Shown here: positions 55,401 through 62,621 of the stretch, piece by piece
Numbering within the stretch: position 1 is the stretch's first letter
Layout: the number at the start of each line of letters is the position of its first letter
NCBI GenBank assembly: GCA_030651375.1
Contig: JAUSFM010000006.1
Coordinates: 12,646 to 76,645, forward strand
Length of the DNA stretch: 64,000 bases
Reading direction: 5' to 3'
Origin: Candidatus Woesearchaeota archaeon
Lineage (GTDB): Archaea; Nanobdellota; Nanobdellia; Woesearchaeales; UBA12501
The notes under the pieces: generated by a model
Databases searched by the model: none
Told to the model about the DNA's origin: nothing
The model's input: only the letters and a program-made list of their open reading frames with translations
Program-made: the position numbers and the translations under genes

Positions 55401-55510
55401 GTTTTAATAAAACAGGCACCTTCTACAGCCGGAACAAAAGAGAGTACCATCCACAAACAAAGAAAAATGAAAAGTAGTATCCCTGAAACTAACCTACCCT
55501 CTTTTTTCAT
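52445..55510 (-). CDS. 1021-aa secreted Cys-rich protein with repeated C...C...CC modules; first gene of block B
   Basis: Signal MKKEGRLVSGILLFIFLCLWMVLSFVPAVEG. Six CC doublets: DCCILP, QCCTLN, ACCVVQ, LCCKDL, ACCGGD and DCCAAT. Start at ATG 55510. Confidence 0.65.
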   Translation of the reverse strand: MKKEGRLVSGILLFIFLCLWMVLSFVPAVEGACFIKTFPEIVEGSTRDCSIDWWTGDCEDKGGRHIDRGFGSNDCCILPTTERVLRNQCYTRAAPFSQDDNKRDNQVCLITASDLDGACVAADQAGDHWCTIDGRDVSITREEFDKLDDATKQKCPPGTLKPDDKVDRPEIIARVNLANSISTDPLQKCGEGQVVCGAKELKDDPVDKTGLDFVQCCTLNNLAVGEATITPFQFPPKEDPKQQEQRTVQCEESTPVMCGAIKDAQTNEFKQLACCVVQENGHALPIQREPRIVLIKDEEKLCDTNEFACGFVQAKGSVGGFGFGGGNEQFIDAPGGMLCCKDLTAAERLEDIDEDSIQNKDDLKCPNTPRNERLRVIKQRDVDQHSELAEFIGCGQSELDANANPFICEEKKAGTWLVRKANNRFSNPGACCGGDGQNEFFSMSDGGVVQACIANQAVEQNKAGGNSFFDAHNAPGQISSVSSIFGSGVSVEVNSGKESQNFVIQNRINGGEELVLFPGKIARSMEVNNPVGLVIIVDAEVQVKKTGDRLRIRYFDEHRQPHDLSTVEYSTGAFQRFKLAIPSTREKRLTVDFTNQGEKNNTIRNVQMYAHLPQKILHTQGSFLGCALADFELAQLQKTNPSSEANEGPLVTSAQNSQPSCAAKFGNAFCSLENIWKFAEGQVVEKSEPSAQLFREIGINAENVPRSVETDCCAATECWDGARCVQGNFDGRFFSANQEKALFCSNGEWKVGDRKTNQFSDGSRVCPGDACAYAVAAGARTEMTCKPDGFFGPANSGDAGEDVFCDAGTWTSRPVKLASVLAHLPDTRIVDRAGLPYSIYCDTPEEVLVNKEFSAALSGDVTHFFENGGAAYACVLQTNTHALLNTLYKGLLSEIPLAKNQVIVALALTEPETIIKSPAAENSVLSALDTAYNKQQSVNGETLFTQCLGVFKYQEAFRQEIARKGEEFHGCNGVWDTERARTGSGFLELKPFGKPTEPANVWYSKRLNALLYSPKAFKVEG

Positions 55511-55541
55511 TCGTGCCACCCACCTGTAGCGTGGCTTTTTC

Positions 55542-55549
55542 TTTATAAA
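55542..55549 (-). promoter_or_regulatory. TATA box for block B
   Basis: TTTATAAA lies about 33 nt upstream of ATG 55510, in the 52-bp gap after the Rpp30 gene. Confidence 0.4.
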
Positions 55550-55562
55550 GTTATTTTTGTTT

Positions 55563-56084
55563 TCAGGCGATTTTCTGTTCCAGCGCTGTTTTCGCCTCTC
55601 CAGCGGCCATTCCAATAAGTTCGCCGAATGCCAGCATGTCATGGGCAGCGCGCATTTCATACAGGTTTGTTGCGCCAGAAATCAGGAGCATGGGCACCTT
55701 ATATCTTCTGCAGAGCATCACATTCTGGCGCATTCTGCCCAACAGAATGCCCCGCGCCGCGCCCTGCGCCGTGAGAATCGTATTGAAATTAAACGCAATC
55801 ATTTTTTCTTTGTCGTGCGCGAGTGCTGCAAGCACATGGTTGAAGCCGGATTTTCGCTGGTGCGTGCCATCGCGTTCACCATGCACTTCAAGATTGTAAA
55901 AAATGTGTATCGGGCTCTTTTCAATGGCGTGGCGCGTTTTTTCCGGCACGCCTGCGCTGTTCATAATCAGATCTCTACGTAGGTTTTTTCCGACGACATA
56001 AACTGTTTCGTACCCCAGTTTTTTGCCGAGTGCCTCAAACGGTGCGGTTTGGTGTTCTTTGTCCGGAATCACGATGTCAATCAT
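55563..56084 (-). CDS. RNase P protein component 3 (Rpp30-like, PHP/TIM-barrel)
   Basis: Size (173 aa) and GFNHVLAALAHDKEKMIAFNF...LCRRYKVPMLLISGA resemble Rpp30. Recognition is by eye only. Confidence 0.55.
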   Translation of the reverse strand: MIDIVIPDKEHQTAPFEALGKKLGYETVYVVGKNLRRDLIMNSAGVPEKTRHAIEKSPIHIFYNLEVHGERDGTHQRKSGFNHVLAALAHDKEKMIAFNFNTILTAQGAARGILLGRMRQNVMLCRRYKVPMLLISGATNLYEMRAAHDMLAFGELIGMAAGEAKTALEQKIA

Positions 56085-57178
56085 GGGGTTAGTACAATCA
56101 GTTGTTCGTAGGGTGCGGTGGTCTCTATTTGTTTGGTATTTTCTGCCTTTTCCTTGTCTTTGTTATCTATTTTATTGTCCACTTTTTCTATCTTCTGGAG
56201 CAGTGAGCAGGCATTGCACAACTCATTGTTTGTTGGCTCGCTGCAGGCGATGCATTCGCGCAGTGTTTTTTCCTGCGCGCCGTAGTGCGCCTTGAGCCGG
56301 GGAAGGATGCCCATAAACGCCTTCATGATGTTTTCTTTTGCTTGTTCGGCGTTTGGCACAATGCTGAATATATTGCGGATTTCCCGTCGGTAGGAATCGC
56401 TGCTGCACGGGCACATGCCGTACTTGACTGGCAGCTCCATCATTTTTGCGTAGCGCACCACGTCTACTTCGCGGGTGAAGTAGAACGGCTTGACGCGCTG
56501 GACAAATCTCACATCATCTCCGAGGCCACTCTTGGGCCCGAGGCGTGCCGCACATTCGACATTGCTGCGCAGCAGGTTCATCATGATAACTTGGGATTCA
56601 TCGTCAAGGTTGTGGCCCGTTGCGATACAATCCGGGCCGAGCTCTTTTGCTTTTTTGTTGATCAAATACCTACGCAGCACGCCGCAGACGTGGCAGCTCT
56701 TGTAGTCATATCCATTTGCGTGCAGCCGGTCGCGGATGTGGCACAACGCCATGCCGAATTCGTTTCTGAAATCAATTTCGTGGAGCGCGATGTTTATTTT
56801 CTGGCAGAATTGCCGGAGATTTTTGAGGTTTTCTTCGGTGTAGCAGCCAATTCTCGCATCAACCGTTACCGCCTCTATAGTATAGCCAAGGTTTTTGAGC
56901 ACGTGCAACAAGGCGGTTGAGTCCTTGCCGCCGCTTGCCGCAACCAAGACCTTGCTTTTTTTGGTGAACAGGTGGTGGTCGCTGATTGTTTTTTCAACCT
57001 GTTCCTGAAACTGTGCAATAAACGCAGCATCGTACGGCTCGGGAGGCGCTGTTTTTGGCAGTACCGTACAGCAGGCCTGCCCCTCTGTTTCAGAAACACT
57101 GCCACCAGTACGAGCGCTGTTGCCACTATCTGCGCCACTATCTATAGTCTCTATCTCTATATGAAATTCAGTCTCCAT
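56081..57178 (-). CDS. PP-loop ATPase, tRNA thiolation family (TtcA/TtuA/Ncs6-like)
   Basis: VLVAASGGKDSTALL PP-loop, with CxxC and Cys clusters (HVCGV, CPCSS, CIACSEPTNNELCNAC). Confidence 0.75.
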   Translation of the reverse strand: METEFHIEIETIDSGADSGNSARTGGSVSETEGQACCTVLPKTAPPEPYDAAFIAQFQEQVEKTISDHHLFTKKSKVLVAASGGKDSTALLHVLKNLGYTIEAVTVDARIGCYTEENLKNLRQFCQKINIALHEIDFRNEFGMALCHIRDRLHANGYDYKSCHVCGVLRRYLINKKAKELGPDCIATGHNLDDESQVIMMNLLRSNVECAARLGPKSGLGDDVRFVQRVKPFYFTREVDVVRYAKMMELPVKYGMCPCSSDSYRREIRNIFSIVPNAEQAKENIMKAFMGILPRLKAHYGAQEKTLRECIACSEPTNNELCNACSLLQKIEKVDNKIDNKDKEKAENTKQIETTAPYEQLIVLTP

Positions 57179-57285
57179 GGGGCTTTATAAGCTCGCTTTG
57201 GGTTTTTAAGCTTTTTGGTAGGTAAGTACCACAAATTTTAAATAGGGAAGCTTTCTCGTGGAGTAGTACTTGGGGGATATGAGCA

Positions 57286-60200
57286 ATGAGTAGTAAAAAC
57301 GGAATTTTTCACCGAGCGGGCATACTTTTTCCCCGTTCATTACTAAGCTACCAATCCTGCCGATCATATGCTTCATTCTTTATTGCACTCCTCCTTATCG
57401 GCGTCACGATTCTTGCCGCGCTCGGCCTTCCTGCCAGCGCGCTGCGTGAAGATTTTCTCGCGCTTTCCCAGCAAAAAACTCTGCCAGTGTGCGGCTGCAG
57501 CATTCGCACCAACACGGTCACCGTAAAAAACACCGGCGACATCACCAGCGTCTATGAACTTTCGCAAGCCGGCGACGCCGCGTCATGGAGCACGCTCACT
57601 GAAACCCGATTTAGCCTCAAGCCCGGGCAGGTACAAGATGTTGCGCAATTTGTTCGTGCACCATGCAGCGCTGAAGGCGCCAGCAAAAATACCATTACCA
57701 TCTCTACACTCTTCCAAACATCAAAAAAAATTGAGCAGGACTTTACCGTGCCGGTCTGCAACAACATTGTTGTTGTGCCAGTCAGAAACAGCGCCGTATC
57801 ATGCCCTGCCCAGCCGACACAGTTTTCATTCATGCTCGCTAATCCACTTTCCTATCCTGAAGTGTACGACGTGAGCGTTGCGCCCACCACGGTCTCGCTC
57901 ACCAATGGTGATGCCGTATTGGCCAGCAAGGCAATAAGCATCAGCGAGCACAGCATCCTGCTTGCGCCGCAGCAGAAAAAGAAAATTCTTCTCTTCCTCC
58001 AGCTGCCATCAACCGTCTACGGCGATGCCGCATTCGCACTCACCGTCAGCACGCGCAACAGCGGGCTGCAAACCACGATTCCATTCCGCGCGGTGATTAA
58101 CCAATGCTATGATTTCCAGCTTTCCCTTCCTGCATCAATCAAATTTTGCACTGAATTTGAAAACCGCTTGCCACTCCAACTTGCGAACACCGCAAACATT
58201 CGAAATGAATACCAGCTCACCGCCGGCATCATGACACCCGAGGGCGCGTCACAGGAAGAATATGATCTCGGTGCCTATGCGCTTCCGGGAAAAGTCCGCC
58301 AGCAAGTTTCAACCGACCTGCTCGTTGAGTCAGAGCCCGGCGATTATGTGCTTGGTGTTGAAGCAACGCCAACACTGGGCGATCTTGCAAAATATGCAGA
58401 ATCACCTCTTGAAATCACATACTGTGATGACAACGGAAAATCGCTCACTCCAGAAGAATACGATGCATTACAAACGGTGCTGGAACAGCCAGAGCCGCAG
58501 CCGGCTGATGAAACTGAAGCCGGAACAACCGAACCTACTGACACTACTGACGGAACAACCGAAGAAAATCCCGTTTCAACCGCATTTGTTGCATTCCCGA
58601 TTATTCTCGTCGTCATTGTGCTCCTTTTGGGAATCATTGCCGCGCGTAAGCGCAAAAAATTATTCCTGCCTGCAACCGTGCCGACGTACGCTCACCTGAT
58701 TCGCGCTCACGCGCCTACAAAAAAACGAAAAGCCCTTATCATCAGCGTCCTTGCAATTGTCTTTGTACTGCTCCTGCTCATCGGCCTGTTGCTCGTCAAT
58801 TCACTTTCCCCACCTGCTGAAAGTGATGAGTCAGGCAACTTCACTGAAGAATTGCCTGTTGAAGAAATAGAAGAGCCAGCGCCAGCAGAACAACCAGAAG
58901 AGCAGCTGAATGTCTCCACTATCTCTGAAGATGAAACTGGAGAACAGCCAGCCACGTCACCACTTATATCTATTTTATTCATCCTCCTCATTGCCTTTAT
59001 CGGACTCCTCCTTGTGGTGCTCGCCTACAAAATCAAGAAGCGGCGCGCACGCCTTGCAATCTATAATCTGGGCTCAAGCAAAGGCGTTTCCGACAAGCCC
59101 TTTGTGCTTCGTACTAACATTCTTGATGTCAAGGACAAAGCAGAAAAGGCGCTTCGCACGCCGCGAAAAATGAAACTGCTCAAATGGCTCGGCGCCCTGT
59201 TCCTTGTTGCACTTCTGGTTCTCGGCGGCATCGGCCTTGCAACGATGCTGAAATCATCGCACCAAAACAGCATTGTATCTATTGATGACTCCTTTGCAGA
59301 GCGCGCAGCGGCACTCGGCGTTACCTTCTCTGGCGCAACCATTCGGATTCCTGCAGGAGGAAAAGAAGTAACCATTCCACTCGTTTTCAGAAACATCGAT
59401 GACGGCACGCCGCGCACCGTCAACATGGACTTTGGCATTGACTGGCTCAAGCCAAGCTCAACCAGTGTATTGCTCAAGCCAGGCCGCGAAAAAACCGCAG
59501 ACCTCACCATCCAAAGCACAGCACCCACGGGCAGCTACACCATACTCTTCGAAGTGACCAACGATAAAGGCGAGCTGTTTGCTGCCGATGAATTAAACCT
59601 TGATATCGTCGGTAAAAACGCATGGCTCCCCGCAGCCATCGGTATCATCGTTGGAGTCCTTATCATTATTGTCTTACTCGTTATCAGAAAACTAAAAAAG
59701 AAAAAGCCAACCACACAAATCATTGGCGACGAAACCTCAATGATTGAAACTGTTGCCCACCACAAGCTGCGTGAAGCAGCAGAGCGGGAAGCTGCCGCAG
59801 AATCAGTGCGCCGTGCCGCGCTCAAAGAAGAAAAGCGCGCTGCACGCCGGAAAAAAATAAAGAAAACCGGAATCTCTGTTGGCGTTCTCCTGCTTGTCGC
59901 ACTCCTCACGCTTGGTGTTTTCACGCTCTCACGTAATTACATGATCACCTTCAATCCATCGTCTGCTGCGCCCGTTGAAATCAGTGCTGAAGAGCCGGTT
60001 GAGTACACGCTGAATGTGACCGGTCTCACCAGCGTTCCCATCAAAATCCTCAACAAGAACAAAAATATCGTTTACAATATTACCGCTGAAAGCAGTGAAG
60101 ACTGGATTACTTTTGACCTGCGCAGTGTAGTAGTTGAGCCGCAAGACAGTGAGACAATCACCATGCTCCTTGCGCCCCATGGCGGCGTGAAAGACGGCAC

Positions 60201-60540
60201 CTACAAGCTGAACCTGAAAATTGAAGAGCAAACTGCACGGGCAGACCGCGAATTGTTCAACAATACTATCCTCGTCAAGCTCACCAAGCGCGGCTTTATC
60301 GGCCGATTGCTTGCCTACTGGCTCTACCTTGTCTTTGGCATCGTTATCCTGTTTGGCATACTATTCCTCATCACCTCCGAAGTGCGCAAGCGCCACAAGG
60401 CACTGCTTCAGCAGCTCGCGGTTGAGGTCAAGCAAAAAATCAACGTCGCTACACCGAAACAAACTACCAAACAAATCGCCTCAAAACAAAAAAAATCAAA
60501 ATACGCACTGCCGCCTACACGGCTGAAGCTGAAGGAATAA
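57286..60540 (+). CDS. 1084-aa multi-pass surface protein with alternating beta-rich ectodomains and TM hairpins
   Basis: Eight hydrophobic helices, each flanked by K/R clusters (e.g. IAARKRKKLF, KKRKALIISVL, YKIKKRRARL, RKLKKKKP). An acidic E/P-rich segment is also present. No family recognised. Confidence 0.6.
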   Translation: MSSKNGIFHRAGILFPRSLLSYQSCRSYASFFIALLLIGVTILAALGLPASALREDFLALSQQKTLPVCGCSIRTNTVTVKNTGDITSVYELSQAGDAASWSTLTETRFSLKPGQVQDVAQFVRAPCSAEGASKNTITISTLFQTSKKIEQDFTVPVCNNIVVVPVRNSAVSCPAQPTQFSFMLANPLSYPEVYDVSVAPTTVSLTNGDAVLASKAISISEHSILLAPQQKKKILLFLQLPSTVYGDAAFALTVSTRNSGLQTTIPFRAVINQCYDFQLSLPASIKFCTEFENRLPLQLANTANIRNEYQLTAGIMTPEGASQEEYDLGAYALPGKVRQQVSTDLLVESEPGDYVLGVEATPTLGDLAKYAESPLEITYCDDNGKSLTPEEYDALQTVLEQPEPQPADETEAGTTEPTDTTDGTTEENPVSTAFVAFPIILVVIVLLLGIIAARKRKKLFLPATVPTYAHLIRAHAPTKKRKALIISVLAIVFVLLLLIGLLLVNSLSPPAESDESGNFTEELPVEEIEEPAPAEQPEEQLNVSTISEDETGEQPATSPLISILFILLIAFIGLLLVVLAYKIKKRRARLAIYNLGSSKGVSDKPFVLRTNILDVKDKAEKALRTPRKMKLLKWLGALFLVALLVLGGIGLATMLKSSHQNSIVSIDDSFAERAAALGVTFSGATIRIPAGGKEVTIPLVFRNIDDGTPRTVNMDFGIDWLKPSSTSVLLKPGREKTADLTIQSTAPTGSYTILFEVTNDKGELFAADELNLDIVGKNAWLPAAIGIIVGVLIIIVLLVIRKLKKKKPTTQIIGDETSMIETVAHHKLREAAEREAAAESVRRAALKEEKRAARRKKIKKTGISVGVLLLVALLTLGVFTLSRNYMITFNPSSAAPVEISAEEPVEYTLNVTGLTSVPIKILNKNKNIVYNITAESSEDWITFDLRSVVVEPQDSETITMLLAPHGGVKDGTYKLNLKIEEQTARADRELFNNTILVKLTKRGFIGRLLAYWLYLVFGIVILFGILFLITSEVRKRHKALLQQLAVEVKQKINVATPKQTTKQIASKQKKSKYALPPTRLKLKE

Positions 60541-60625
60541 GCATATACTCATCATCTCAACATAATCCCCGAAACTATATGCAAAAAAATTAAATATCCC
60601 TTATACTTTCCATCACGTGATTCCC

Positions 60626-61027
60626 ATGAAAACAAACCTCGGAAAAATAATCCTCAGCATTGTCATGTTCCTTGCTTCTCTTACTGCGGTTTCCGCATGG
60701 CATGATTCTTATATATACGATGGTCACGGCAGTTATTATTATCAATACGGTTACGACTCGTACCGGCCGCACACGAACACCGCATATAGCAGCATGGGCT
60801 ATTATTATCCGACCAATGATCTTGGCGATTACTGGAGTTATCCTCAATATTCGTACGGCTATGGATATTCCGGCTATTCAGCGTCATACAACATCAACTA
60901 CAACCGGCCGTACTACATGAATGACGGCGCCATGCGGTACTACGAAGGGGCGTATCCCCGCACTAATTATCCTGCGGGCGGCTATTGGCCGAACTATGCG
61001 CAGACGAGATATGAACGGTATTACTAA
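60626..61027 (+). CDS. Secreted tyrosine-rich low-complexity protein
   Basis: Signal MKTNLGKIILSIVMFLASLTAVSA. By hand count the mature part has 32 Tyr in about 108 residues. First ATG is 60626. Confidence 0.55.
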   Translation: MKTNLGKIILSIVMFLASLTAVSAWHDSYIYDGHGSYYYQYGYDSYRPHTNTAYSSMGYYYPTNDLGDYWSYPQYSYGYGYSGYSASYNINYNRPYYMNDGAMRYYEGAYPRTNYPAGGYWPNYAQTRYERYY

Positions 61028-61088
61028 TTACTCATACACGACCACTACTTTTATAAACCACCGCTTACCCTTCTTTTTTCTCTGCTTT

Positions 61089-61172
61089 CGCGGGCGTGCC
61101 GGAGCGGTCAAACGGGCTGGCTTCAGGAGCCAGTAGCTTAGTGCTTACGCAGGTTCGAGTCCTGCCGCCCGC
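61089..61172 (+). tRNA. tRNA-Leu(CAG), canonical type II
   Basis: Acceptor GCGGGCG/CGCCCGC, D arm CCG-GAGCGGTCAAA-CGG, anticodon arm CTGGC-TTCAGGA-GCCAG (U33, G37), 15-nt variable arm, T arm GCAGG-TTCGAGT-CCTGC, discriminator A. Confidence 0.9.
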
Positions 61173-61237
61173 ATATCTTTTTTATTCTCTCGTTTCTTTC
61201 CAAAAAGTATATAAACGAAGCAGCACTTTTTGCTGTT

Positions 61238-61507
61238 GGACAGGCTATGCCGGGAGGCTAGCTCTCTCCTGTTACCGAAAATGAGCTTTGTCGGGGCAGA
61301 AGCTGGCAAGCGGTGCCGCATGGCTGCACTGGTCCTGTTGGTGCCTATGAATTTCTGTCCTGCAGGACGGGTCCGTCGGGGAACCGTGTCAGGTCGGGAA
61401 CGAAGCAGCACTCACCTTTCGAATCAGTGCTTGCGGGGAAGCGGAAAGGAGAAGCCCACAGGGACGCTGGTGCAGTTGTTCCGCATCCATTGCTGGTGTG
61501 CCTGTCC
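61238..61507 (+). ncRNA. ffs: SRP RNA (7S RNA)
   Basis: The 5' GGACAGGC pairs with the 3' GCCTGTCC. Conserved helix-8 motif GTCAGGTCGGGAACGAAGCAGC with a GGAA tetraloop. TATA TATATAAA (61208-61215) lies about 25 nt upstream and a T-run follows directly. Confidence 0.8.
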
Positions 61508-61552
61508 ATTTTTTTATTAGTATTATCAATCTCATTATTTTTTTGTGAAACT

Positions 61553-61885
61553 ATGGCAACGATTGACGACTTTCAAAAGCTTGACATCCGCGTCGGAAAA
61601 ATTGTGCAGGTTGATGATTTTCCCGAAGCAAAGAAACCAGCGTACAAACTAAAAATCGATCTGGGAAAAGACATCGGGATTAAAGCATCCTGCGCCCAGC
61701 TGGTCGCGAATTATTCTAAAGAAGAACTGATGGGAAAACTCGTGCTGTGTGTGATGAATTTTCCCCCACGAAAAATCGGGCCAGCAGTATCAGACGTGCT
61801 GACGCTTGGCGTGCCGGATGAAAACGGAAATTGTATTCTGGTGGTGCCTGACAAAACAGTGCAGATTGGTGGACGGTTGTATTAA
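61553..61885 (+). CDS. csaA: tRNA-binding domain protein (CsaA/Trbp111-like)
   Basis: FQKLDIRVGKIVQVDDFPEAKKPAYKLKIDLG...LVLCVMNFPPRKIG. Start ATG 61553; the upstream part of the ORF covers the SRP RNA. Confidence 0.8.
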   Translation: MATIDDFQKLDIRVGKIVQVDDFPEAKKPAYKLKIDLGKDIGIKASCAQLVANYSKEELMGKLVLCVMNFPPRKIGPAVSDVLTLGVPDENGNCILVVPDKTVQIGGRLY

Positions 61886-61931
61886 CATTCTCTTCACAAA
61901 ATTTATATTCATCCTTTAGTTTTATCTTTGT

Positions 61932-62237
61932 ATGAAACTCCTCTTCATCTGCAACCAAAACAAGCACCGAAGTAAAACAGCCGAGAAGTTGTTTAAAGGC
62001 ACATTTGAAACAAAATCAGCAGGTCTCTACAATGAAAAGCCGGTGACTGCGCAGCAGCTGCGCTGGGCTGATGTCGTCGTCGTCATGGAAGACGCGCAAC
62101 GAACCGAACTATCGAAACGCTTTCCACAAGAATATCTCAAGAAACGTATTGTTTCTCTTGATATTCCGGACGTTTATTCGTATAATCAGCCACGCCTCAT
62201 TGCACTCCTTCAATCCCACTTACGACAGGTTTTGTAG
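61932..62237 (+). CDS. Low-molecular-weight protein-tyrosine phosphatase/ArsC-like
   Basis: CNQNKHRS (C-x5-R-S) P-loop near the N-terminus and a DIPD loop. Confidence 0.7.
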   Translation: MKLLFICNQNKHRSKTAEKLFKGTFETKSAGLYNEKPVTAQQLRWADVVVVMEDAQRTELSKRFPQEYLKKRIVSLDIPDVYSYNQPRLIALLQSHLRQVL

Positions 62238-62387
62238 CCATTCTTCAAGCTGTTTTTTTGCTTCATCTTTGTTTCTGAACATTTTTGTTTCAGCAACATG
62301 GAGTGCAGGAAGGCGCCGTGTCACCTTAAATAAGGCGCCACCATTTTTGAGCTCTTTGATTGAAATTTCCCATGCAAACATCTTCAT
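62220..62387 (-). CDS. Small hypothetical protein (55 aa)
   Basis: MKMFAWEISIKELKNGGALFKVTRRLPALHVAETKMFRNKDEAKKQLEEWLQNLS. Start trimmed because 62418-62444 belongs to the tRNA-like gene. Coding status is weakly supported. Confidence 0.3.
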   Translation of the reverse strand: MKMFAWEISIKELKNGGALFKVTRRLPALHVAETKMFRNKDEAKKQLEEWLQNLS

Positions 62388-62417
62388 CCCCTCGAAATTA
62401 TTGCACTCAAAAATAAA

Positions 62418-62537
62418 GCCGTCGGGGCTGGGATTTTCACCCAAGGAGTTAAAGCCTCCAAGAGATTTTGAACCCAGAGGTCCTTGCGGACAAGAGAGTC
62501 TGAGTCTCTTCCCTTACCTGATTAGGGTTACCGCGGC
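62418..62537 (-). tRNA. Second atypical type-II tRNA-like gene, anticodon CAG, 33-nt T-loop insertion (62434-62466), imperfect acceptor stem; possibly a pseudogene
   Basis: D arm CCCT-AATCAGGTA-AGGG, anticodon arm AGAGA-CTCAGAC-TCTCT, variable arm TGTCCGCAAGGACCT, T arm CTGGG-TTCAAA[33 nt]T-CCCAG. The 5' GCCGCGG pairs only imperfectly with the 3' CCCCGACGGC. TTTATTTTT follows. Confidence 0.35.
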
Positions 62538-62582
62538 ATGATGAACAAAAAGTTTATATATCTCTGTTCCATTTTACGTATC

Positions 62583-62618
62583 GGTCTGAGTCTCTTCCCT
62601 TCCTTTAGGGTTTTTTTT
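62583..62618 (+). ncRNA. Short promoter-to-T-run unit antisense to the 5' half of the 62418-62537 tRNA-like gene
   Basis: TATA TTTATATA (62553-62560) has its centre 26 nt upstream of G62583. GTCTGAGTCTCTTCCCTT (62584-62601) is identical to 62498-62515. Hairpin CCCT-TCCTTT-AGGG and T8 follow. Confidence 0.35.
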
Positions 62619-62621
62619 CTT

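Noticed and set aside
40258-55982. Numerous plus-strand and alternate-frame ORFs inside the giant surface-protein genes, for example 43553-44623 (356 aa) and 49422-50399 (325 aa).
   Set aside because: They are antisense to long uninterrupted minus-strand ORFs that carry signal peptides and repeated modules. Their own sequences are compositionally biased.
61096-61552. ORFs 61096-61284, 61145-61411 and 61230-61520, and the first 80 codons of 61313-61885.
   Set aside because: The region is occupied by the tRNA-Leu 3' end and a well-supported SRP RNA (terminal helix plus conserved helix-8 motif). The CsaA-like gene starts at ATG 61553.
24854-62537. The 37.7-kb interval between the two atypical tRNA-like genes as an integrated mobile element flanked by att duplications.
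   Set aside because: The two tRNA-like genes share architecture but not sequence, so they are not att repeats. No integrase or transposase is present. The interval contains housekeeping genes (RPA, Rpp30, a tRNA-thiolation enzyme, SRP RNA).
62071-62541. The 156-aa plus-strand ORF spanning the LMW-PTP 3' end and the tRNA-like gene.
   Set aside because: It is out of frame with the recognisable PTP gene and runs through the tRNA-like structure. No motifs are present.
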